Position numbers and translations under genes: made by a program
The notes under the pieces: model-generated
Databases searched by the model: none
Seen by the model: the letters and a program-made list of their open reading frames with translations, nothing else
What the model was told of the DNA's origin: nothing
In this document: positions 42,756 through 49,996 of the stretch, one piece after another
Numbering within the stretch: position 1 is the stretch's first letter
How the letters are laid out: each line of letters begins with the position of its first letter
Assembly (NCBI GenBank): GCA_028356125.1
Contig: JAOMTZ010000008.1
Coordinates: 587 to 64,586, forward strand
Source: Candidatus Poseidoniaceae archaeon
GTDB lineage: Archaea; Thermoplasmatota; Poseidoniia; Poseidoniales; Poseidoniaceae
DNA length: 64,000 bases
Reading direction: 5' to 3'

Positions 42756-43457
42756 ATGAGAGACATGGCGCTCCTCATCCTCATGCGACACGGACAATCA
42801 ATGTGGAATGCTGCCAATTTGTTTACTGGTTGGGTTGATGTTCCGCTAACAAATAAGGGAATCGAAGAAGCGATTTCTGGTGGAAAAGAAATCGCATCCC
42901 TTCCAATCGATGAAGTCCACGTCTCAACCTTGATCCGTGCACAGATGACTGCAATGCTTGCATTAGCTCAACATGATTCTGGGAAAACTCCAATCTTCCA
43001 ATACTCTGCAAACGGAGATTCGATGAGTGAGAATGAATCTAGAATGGTTGAATGGGCTCAATCAAATGATTCAGGAAGAAATACTCTTCCTGTGCACGTG
43101 TCATGGCAACTGAATGAGCGTATGTATGGGGATTTACAAGGTTTAGATAAACAAGAAACTCGCGACAAATATGGCGATGAGCAAGTCCACATCTGGCGCC
43201 GTTCATACGATGTACCTCCTCCTAATGGCGAGTCGCTAGAATTGACAGCGGCGCGAACAATCCCTTATTTGCAATCAGCAATTATGTCATCACTAGAAGA
43301 GGGAAAGAATGTGTTTGTAGCCGCTCACGGAAACAGCCTTCGTTCAATGGTAATGAATATCGAAGGGTTGTCAAAGGAAGAAGTACTGAAATTAGAAATA
43401 CCAACCGGCCAACCTATCGTGTACGAATGGAGTAATGGCAACTGGTCACGCAGGTGA
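42756..43457 (+). CDS. gpmA: 2,3-bisphosphoglycerate-dependent phosphoglycerate mutase
   Basis: LILMRHGQSMWNAANLFTGWVDVPLTNKG (catalytic RHG), ERMYGDLQG, HGNSLR. Confidence 0.92.
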   Translation: MRDMALLILMRHGQSMWNAANLFTGWVDVPLTNKGIEEAISGGKEIASLPIDEVHVSTLIRAQMTAMLALAQHDSGKTPIFQYSANGDSMSENESRMVEWAQSNDSGRNTLPVHVSWQLNERMYGDLQGLDKQETRDKYGDEQVHIWRRSYDVPPPNGESLELTAARTIPYLQSAIMSSLEEGKNVFVAAHGNSLRSMVMNIEGLSKEEVLKLEIPTGQPIVYEWSNGNWSRR

Positions 43458-43875
43458 TTCCTTGTCCAAATTATGGCAATGGGCTCCTGCAATTTATCTT
43501 GCGGGGTTACTCTTGATGAACATACTTAGCATTCCATTCGGTGTATCGGAAATGCCAGATGAATGTCCGGAAGGCTCTATGAATTGTGATTACAGAACAA
43601 TTCAGTTAGATGTTAGCGATGAAGAACTCGATGATGCAATCATGGATTGGGCTCGTGAAAGGTCGTTTACGACAACATTCACCCCCGGCCATGTAGTAGA
43701 TAGATCCCTCGTGTTTCAATTTCCAGATGACGTCCACTATTCCAATGAATGTGGAGCAGTTGATCTATTCAGCAAGTCAAGATTAGGACGTTCAGATCTT
43801 GGAGTGAACAGTGAAAGGTTAGATGAATTAGAAGAATATCTTCTTGATTATGATTTCGAAACTACTTGTCAGTAG
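43435..43875 (+). CDS. DUF1499-like membrane-anchored protein
   Basis: CPEGSMNC and FQFPDDVHY...SKSRLGRSDLGVNSERLDEL match my recollection of DUF1499 blocks. It overlaps gpmA by 23 nt. Confidence 0.65.
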   Translation: MATGHAGDSLSKLWQWAPAIYLAGLLLMNILSIPFGVSEMPDECPEGSMNCDYRTIQLDVSDEELDDAIMDWARERSFTTTFTPGHVVDRSLVFQFPDDVHYSNECGAVDLFSKSRLGRSDLGVNSERLDELEEYLLDYDFETTCQ

Positions 43876-44561
43876 GCGATTCCATCATCGTTAACGAATA
43901 CGACATTGACTCCCAAACCTGCTTTGTGGAATGCTATCAATTCGAGAGAGTGTATACGATGTCCAGTAGGTGCAACCCCCAGAACCTTCCTCTTGTCTTT
44001 TCGTGAAAACCATGATTTCTTTTCACCAATAACTCTTCTTTCCCCTTCAATTCCATCGAACCAAGGTAGAGGCCCTTCTGGAGAAAACTCAATCCCTAAA
44101 ATTAGGTCGACTCCGTCCGTGGATTGAGCAGCACTAGCATCCGCCTCGCTAGGTATTGCTGGACAATTTGGATGAGTATGGAGCCAATGTGTGAATCTTC
44201 CAGCCCTAGGGCCTCTGTCACTTCCAAATACTTCATCTGTCCATTCTTCTGGTAAATGATGAACTGAAAATGAGTCGCCTCTGTTGACCATTGCAGCTTC
44301 ATTTATTCTGTACCCTTGGCCAGCAAACAGGTTCTTGCGTTGCTTTTCACCTTGGAACTCAACTTCAATTTCTGGTAAGTTTTGTAATTCAGAAACATCT
44401 AATCCAACAAGAATTTCGTCTGGAAGGGCTTTGAATGCCCATTCTAGAATATCTTCTAGGATTCTTGCTGGAAAGTGAACTTGCGCCACATATTCTTCTC
44501 TACGGTTGTGAGATTCGTCATTGTAGATAGCGATAGCATCAGCCAACCAATCGCTCACCAT
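43869..44561 (-). CDS. JAB1/MPN/Mov34 (JAMM) metalloprotease-domain protein with an N-terminal extension of ~130 aa
   Basis: JAMM motif HWLHTHPNCPAIPSEAD (HxHx7SxxD). Confidence 0.8.
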   Translation of the reverse strand: MVSDWLADAIAIYNDESHNRREEYVAQVHFPARILEDILEWAFKALPDEILVGLDVSELQNLPEIEVEFQGEKQRKNLFAGQGYRINEAAMVNRGDSFSVHHLPEEWTDEVFGSDRGPRAGRFTHWLHTHPNCPAIPSEADASAAQSTDGVDLILGIEFSPEGPLPWFDGIEGERRVIGEKKSWFSRKDKRKVLGVAPTGHRIHSLELIAFHKAGLGVNVVFVNDDGIAY

Positions 44562-44652
44562 GGTATGGCGAACCAGTGCTTAGACATGAAGAAGTCGCAA
44601 AACTGTACTTGTTCGGGTAATACTTGAATACCCCCGGTACCTTATTGACACC

Positions 44653-45348
44653 ATGGCGAAGAAAAAGGGAGGATTCGGACGTTTCCTCGGTGCCATCACA
44701 GGTAGCCCGTACGAGCGCTTGCAAAAGCAAATCGACAAAGTGATTTCAGAAGCGAGTAGTGACAAGGCTCTGGCTAGAACTTTGAAAAAATTAGTCAAAG
44801 CTATTGGCGACCAGTACGATGAAGAAAACATCGATGAAGAAGAGCATGATTTATTGCTCGAATCAATAGAGGAAGCGGACCCTGAAGGTCGTTCTTTTCC
44901 AAAACTAACCGATGATAGTGATGAATTCTATGATGGAGGAGATATGCCAGATTCTCCCAAACTTAATCTTGGAAAGCGCAAGAATCTAGATGACTTGATG
45001 AAATCCCAAGGTTCAGAGTTTACAGGTTCCTTCGGTAGAGATGAATTCGAAGAGTTCCGCCAATCCATGTCTGCAGATTTCTATGCAGAATCTGACGATG
45101 CTATTGCGGCAGGAGATCACCAACATGAAATCCGCACTCAGAATCGTGTGTTTGCAGATGCTGAAGATGGAATTGGTCAACTGAAGAAACAGATGGCAGA
45201 GGAAAGTGGCCTTGATGATCCTAGTTCGGATGAAGAAGCAGACGAGAATTACTACACTGACGATGATGGAATCGAATGGTGGAAGGACGATGACGGCTAT
45301 TGGTGGTACCGCGAGCCTGGTCATGATGATTGGCAGCCTCACGAGTGA
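44653..45348 (+). CDS. Highly acidic hypothetical protein ending in a Trp-rich WW-like motif
   Basis: Track ORF with ATG 44653. It is Asp/Glu-rich throughout, and the C-terminus reads DDDGIEWWKDDDGYWWYREPGHDDWQPHE. Confidence 0.65.
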   Translation: MAKKKGGFGRFLGAITGSPYERLQKQIDKVISEASSDKALARTLKKLVKAIGDQYDEENIDEEEHDLLLESIEEADPEGRSFPKLTDDSDEFYDGGDMPDSPKLNLGKRKNLDDLMKSQGSEFTGSFGRDEFEEFRQSMSADFYAESDDAIAAGDHQHEIRTQNRVFADAEDGIGQLKKQMAEESGLDDPSSDEEADENYYTDDDGIEWWKDDDGYWWYREPGHDDWQPHE

Positions 45349-45686
45349 GTACTCCAAACATCTAGTGTAGCTAGTTCAAATTTGACAATCCCAATGTTAG
45401 CTCCAATTTTCAGCATTGCATTATTTGCCATGCTTGCTGAACTCATTGCGATTATTTTACTTGGTCTATCAATTTCAGATGCAAGCAACTTCCTCAACAC
45501 ATCCAATCCTTTGATTGGGGGCATATAGTGGTCAAGTAACAGTATGTCTGGTGAATACTTTGAGATGCGTTCTAAACAATCTTGTGAATCCCAATACTGC
45601 TTCAATTCAACATTTGTCATATTGACGCCGCCACTTACGAGAAGCGCTTCAATGTCAACAGAATCCTCGAAGGCTAGAACCTTCAT
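45339..45686 (-). CDS. Stand-alone response-regulator receiver (CheY-like) domain
   Basis: MKVLAFEDS (acidic pocket), DILLLDHYMPPIKGLDVLRKL (phospho-acceptor Asp), IIAMSS. ATGA overlap with the upstream peptidase gene. Confidence 0.8.
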   Translation of the reverse strand: MKVLAFEDSVDIEALLVSGGVNMTNVELKQYWDSQDCLERISKYSPDILLLDHYMPPIKGLDVLRKLLASEIDRPSKIIAMSSASMANNAMLKIGANIGIVKFELATLDVWSTHS

Positions 45687-47536
45687 TCTTCAACATCCCA
45701 CCAATTAGGGACATCGAACCATTCAGGTGCATTTTCACTTCTTTCTATTAGTGGCAAACTCAAAACCGAAGAAGAATCAGCATTGATTCCCATCCCAATT
45801 GCAGCACATGCACTTGGAAGGTAATCTTCACCAGTTTCTGTCAGAACTATCGATATCTCATTTCCAGCAGGTATGAGTGCGTCTATTGGATTGAATTCCA
45901 TTTGCATCAGGTAAGTCGTGAAAGGAGTGACAATTTTAGCTTCATGTCCGCCATCTCTGTATCTAACATCCATAGTACCATGCCCAATTCGTAAACCAGT
46001 AGTTGAATCAAACATTGTGGCAAATACTTGTCCACCATCACATAATCCCGTGGTTACTGAAAGGTGGAGAGTAGGTAATCCTGAGATGAACCTATCTTCT
46101 TCAGATGAAGGTACTGTGATCGTCATTTCGGATGTAGCGCTGACTGTATTCCCTTCCGCAGTAGTCTGGTCTAATGGAATGACTTCCCACTCCATATCCT
46201 CTGGTGGCCAAGTATCTTCTACGTGCCACTGGCCATCATTACGTTGCATTTGAACATGCAAATCAGGCATTGGACCGTTATCCTTGAGCCAGTATTCAAA
46301 CCATGCAAATAGGTCTACTGCCCAATCCATTCTGCTCATTTGTGGAAATGCTTCTGCGCCATATCCTGATGTTAATTCCCCATGGCGGTCAGGTTGGTCT
46401 GGATAATTGTGAGCCCATTGGCCCATAATTCCTCTAGCCGGAATACCTGCATCTCTCATCAATTGGTATGTCGGGAATGCATGGTATGGGTCAACATTCC
46501 AATCTTGCATTCCCCAAACTAAGTATACACTGCCTTTGTAATTCTCTAATACATCAGGTAAATGCCTTCTTTCATCCCAATAGTCATTCCATTCAGCGCC
46601 GCCATATTGAGCCCATAGTTGAGTGGTAAACGGATTTAGTGGGCCAGTTAAATCATCTTGGCAAACTCTCAACTCATCAGTTGTTAGATCACTGGTTGCA
46701 GCCTGATATGCTGCATCATAACCTAGGGCTCTAAATTCACTAGAACCGTTTCGATAGAACATTTCTTGCACGCCAATTGAGCCTGAAATTGGTACAATTG
46801 TCTTCAGATGTTCTGAAGGATTTTGTGCGGCTTCCCAGTTGGTTGTACCCGCATATGACTTGCCCATTAGTCCTACATTTCCGTTAGACCACTCTTGTTC
46901 ACCCAGCCAATCAACTACTGCTTGTATTCCGGTTTGCTCACCTAAGCCTTTGACATCTTGACAGTGAGTGGATTTGCCAGTTCCAAAAGTTGAAGCTTGT
47001 GCGAGTGCGTATCCGTGGGAGATGAAATTTTCGTGCACCCAAGCGCCAATTCCTCCATCGGGAACTGTGTTTGGATTGGAGTCTTCACCAACTCCTGGCA
47101 TTCCTTCACCGCCGAAGTCATAGTAAGGGTGAATTGTCATGATTACAGGGACTTCTTGCCCTTCAGGCACATCTGGTAACCACAAAGCAACATGCATAAC
47201 ATCTTCCTCAGGGAAACCTGCATCCTCTTCAGAAGCAGGTAATTCGACAGAGACATAGTGTTCTGTGTATGTTAGAATATCATAAGTGCCATTTACGGGT
47301 AATACAGATCGCATTTGTGTTAGATCTAAGTCCATGTTATGTCGGTCATGTAGTGGGGTTTGCCACCATTCATATGACTGCGCAGAATTATCATTTTCTA
47401 GAACAACTTCTCCGAAACTTGTGCCCAAAATAAGAAACACGATAGATACTGCAATTGTTGCAGCGAAGGTGATATTGAGTGCTCCACCATCCCCCGTTGG
47501 GATGATTTCTGCATCGAATACTTCGTCTTCCATCAT
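45683..47536 (-). CDS. X-Pro dipeptidyl-peptidase / CocE-NonD family serine hydrolase (S15), N-terminally membrane-anchored
   Basis: N-terminal TM helix ATIAVSIVFLILGTSF, alpha/beta-hydrolase nucleophile elbow GKSYAGT, and a C-terminal beta-sandwich-sized region. ATG 47536 is preferred over GTG 47557. Confidence 0.88.
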   Translation of the reverse strand: MMEDEVFDAEIIPTGDGGALNITFAATIAVSIVFLILGTSFGEVVLENDNSAQSYEWWQTPLHDRHNMDLDLTQMRSVLPVNGTYDILTYTEHYVSVELPASEEDAGFPEEDVMHVALWLPDVPEGQEVPVIMTIHPYYDFGGEGMPGVGEDSNPNTVPDGGIGAWVHENFISHGYALAQASTFGTGKSTHCQDVKGLGEQTGIQAVVDWLGEQEWSNGNVGLMGKSYAGTTNWEAAQNPSEHLKTIVPISGSIGVQEMFYRNGSSEFRALGYDAAYQAATSDLTTDELRVCQDDLTGPLNPFTTQLWAQYGGAEWNDYWDERRHLPDVLENYKGSVYLVWGMQDWNVDPYHAFPTYQLMRDAGIPARGIMGQWAHNYPDQPDRHGELTSGYGAEAFPQMSRMDWAVDLFAWFEYWLKDNGPMPDLHVQMQRNDGQWHVEDTWPPEDMEWEVIPLDQTTAEGNTVSATSEMTITVPSSEEDRFISGLPTLHLSVTTGLCDGGQVFATMFDSTTGLRIGHGTMDVRYRDGGHEAKIVTPFTTYLMQMEFNPIDALIPAGNEISIVLTETGEDYLPSACAAIGMGINADSSSVLSLPLIERSENAPEWFDVPNWWDVEE

Positions 47537-47622
47537 GAGAGACGATGAGAATCTCACACATCAGCCTTCTCTAGAGCCGTTCATGACAAAATCATCAAAG
47601 AGTTGCTAACTTAGCGCCAATC

Positions 47623-48009
47623 ATGAGCGAGCAGTATACAGTGGCAGGCCAGACAATTCCGACTATAACTTCTGGATATGGCGGCTTTCTCATTATTTGG
47701 GGAATCGTAATATCGGTAGTTTCCGATTCTGACTCGATAACATCTTTCTTCCCTTCCTTGTTAGGAATACCTCTTCTTTTATCTGGTATTCTTGCTGCAA
47801 AGATTCCTGAGAAAAGGAAGTTGTGGATGCATATTGCTGCAACCTTTGGATTATTGTGCGCATTAGGAGGTACTCGCTTTTTCATGGTCATGTCAGATGG
47901 GATTAATTACGCATCAGGTTCGATGCTAATGCTACTATTAACAGGCTCAGCATACACCTATTTCTGTGTGCAATCTTTCATTCATGCAAGAAAAGCACGT
48001 CAAGAATGA
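47623..48009 (+). CDS. Hypothetical 4-TM membrane protein
   Basis: Track ORF with four hydrophobic helices. I recognised no family. Confidence 0.6.
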   Translation: MSEQYTVAGQTIPTITSGYGGFLIIWGIVISVVSDSDSITSFFPSLLGIPLLLSGILAAKIPEKRKLWMHIAATFGLLCALGGTRFFMVMSDGINYASGSMLMLLLTGSAYTYFCVQSFIHARKARQE

Positions 48010-48040
48010 TTTCATCATGTTTGAGTGATTGGAGTGTTAC

Positions 48041-48967
48041 ATGCGAGCCATTGCAATTCTGCTAAGTGTGCTCGTTCTGAGTCCAATTGCTGGTGCAAAT
48101 TATGAGACCGGTGATGAAGACTGGAGAGATTTCGAAGTCGATATGTCGGGCTGGATTGATGGGCCAGAATTAGAAGGTTCACCTATGGACGAGCCTCGAG
48201 CAGGAGATGCAGTATTGGTAATCGAAGTCGATTACAAACCTAGCCATCTTGGTGCATCAGTACAAGGTGAAATTGTGATTGAATTATTCGAGGAATGGGC
48301 TCCTGAAACTACAACAAATATGATCAAGAATGTTGAGGCTGAGATCTACAACGGTATTTTCTTCCATAGAGTAATCGATGATTTCGTTACTCAAGCAGGA
48401 GACCCGACTTGCAAAACAGTTGCAGTTTATCCAGCTACAAGTGCACAATGCGGAAGCGGAGGAACAGGAGAAAATTTGGACATGGAACACAATGAGAATT
48501 TGTCTCATGTTGATGGTGCGATAGGAATGGCACGTGGGCAAGACCCAGATAGTGCTGATTCTCAGTGGTATATCGCTGAAACAGAAGCTCATGGATTAGA
48601 TCCCGAAAACAGAGACGATGAGGGATATGTCACATTTGGAATTGTAAGAAATGGAATGAGCCATGTAAGAGCAATTGCAATGGTGCCAACATCAGATGAC
48701 CCTACAGGTGAAGAGATAGTAGTAAACCCTGCTTCTTCTGCAGGAAGGCCAATTTGGGAAGTACATATTTCGAATGTTGAAATGATTGGAGTGATTCCAG
48801 GAGACACAGATTCTGAAGATGTTGAAACCCAATCTTTCTTTTCAACAGCAGCAGGTAAAGTGACAATCTCAATGGTTATAATCGGAGTTTGTATTGCTAG
48901 CTACGTGATTTTCGTAGGTAGTAGAGAAGAAGAACCAGATGCAATTCTTCTGGGCCCGGAAGATTAA
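48041..48967 (+). CDS. Cyclophilin-type peptidyl-prolyl cis-trans isomerase with a signal peptide and C-terminal TM anchor (extracytoplasmic)
   Basis: FFHRVIDDFVTQAGDP and GAIGMARGQDPDSADSQWYI are cyclophilin signatures. N-terminal MRAIAILLSVLVLSPIAGA. C-terminal VTISMVIIGVCIASYVIFVG. GGAG lies 6 nt upstream of ATG 48041. Confidence 0.9.
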   Translation: MRAIAILLSVLVLSPIAGANYETGDEDWRDFEVDMSGWIDGPELEGSPMDEPRAGDAVLVIEVDYKPSHLGASVQGEIVIELFEEWAPETTTNMIKNVEAEIYNGIFFHRVIDDFVTQAGDPTCKTVAVYPATSAQCGSGGTGENLDMEHNENLSHVDGAIGMARGQDPDSADSQWYIAETEAHGLDPENRDDEGYVTFGIVRNGMSHVRAIAMVPTSDDPTGEEIVVNPASSAGRPIWEVHISNVEMIGVIPGDTDSEDVETQSFFSTAAGKVTISMVIIGVCIASYVIFVGSREEEPDAILLGPED

Positions 48968-49938
48968 CTAATTTTCAAATCTAGAACAATATGCCTAATG
49001 CGTGGGCAATATTGTTTGACGTCTTCTAAATGAATACGAGTAGCAACTTTACCACTCACAGTGGAAAACCATTCAGTCGTTTTCTCAGCCCACTCTTCAA
49101 TCTCATTTTCATGAACATTCATGTGTACGTGAATTACTCCACCCTCTTGTTTCAGACAGTTAATCGCTAATCCCCATGTTTTCATCGATGAAGGTATTAG
49201 CCCAAGGATTACTCTGTCTGCAATTCCAGATAATTGCTTCATTGTATTGCGGTTATCTCCTTCATATATCGTGCATTTGTCAGAGACAAAATTTCTCTGT
49301 AAACCTTTACTTAGTGCTAAAATACTGTCAGGGTTTATCTCACAAGCATGAACATGCTCTGCCTTACCGCGAGTTAGGAATTGCAATGTGTAGTAGCCAA
49401 TACCGCAGTAAGCATCGACAATTACCTCTCCTTCAGTTTGCAACTCACCCATTCTTCTTCTCTCTGTGACATTCCCAGATGAGAACATGACGGCCGTAGC
49501 ATCGAATTCATATTCAACAAAATTCTCTCTATGTACAACCCATCCTTCTTCACCATAGACCAGTTCTAACTGAGACTTTCTTCTTATTCCAGAATCTATT
49601 TCTCCCTGGATTGCTATACGTTTAGCACCAAGGGCAATAGCTACTTTTTCTAAGGGCCAATCTTTAGTATCTGTTCCATTCTGGAATATTGCCATGTCTC
49701 CCAGTTTTTCCCATCTGCGAGGGGGATTATCTAAAATCAGCTTTAGTCTCTCATGGGGGTTGTGCCTTTCAACACAATCAAACTTCAACTTTAACTCACC
49801 CTCCAAAACAGGTATTGCTATCATTTCTTTGTAAGGCATCGGCTTCAAATTAGAATTTATTTTTCCTTCATCCTTCAGACGTTGGTACTCATCTGAGGCC
49901 ACATCTCGACCACACAAGTATGCGCTAGAGAGGGTCAT
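48964..49938 (-). CDS. taw2: tRNA wyosine-derivative synthesis protein Taw2/TYW2-like (Trm5-family class I SAM-dependent transferase)
   Basis: VVDAYCGIGYYTLQFL, HACEINPDS, ADRVILGLIPSS and GGVIHVHMNV resemble TYW2 blocks (ADRVNLGLIPSS, GGILHIHQNV). ATG 49938 avoids overlap with the divergent gene; the track start is 50094. Confidence 0.85.
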   Translation of the reverse strand: MTLSSAYLCGRDVASDEYQRLKDEGKINSNLKPMPYKEMIAIPVLEGELKLKFDCVERHNPHERLKLILDNPPRRWEKLGDMAIFQNGTDTKDWPLEKVAIALGAKRIAIQGEIDSGIRRKSQLELVYGEEGWVVHRENFVEYEFDATAVMFSSGNVTERRRMGELQTEGEVIVDAYCGIGYYTLQFLTRGKAEHVHACEINPDSILALSKGLQRNFVSDKCTIYEGDNRNTMKQLSGIADRVILGLIPSSMKTWGLAINCLKQEGGVIHVHMNVHENEIEEWAEKTTEWFSTVSGKVATRIHLEDVKQYCPRIRHIVLDLKIS

Positions 49939-49996
49939 AATTGACTGCAGGTTGGCAAACCATGTTAAATGTCCCAGTGTAGGAATGGGTGGTAGC

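Noticed and set aside
42041-42817. A 258-aa minus-strand ORF competing with the 264-aa plus-strand membrane protein
   Set aside because: It is Ser/Ala/Ile/Asn-rich low complexity with no clear helices. It overlaps the gpmA start by ~60 nt. The plus-strand frame has clean TM helices, charged loops and operon continuity.
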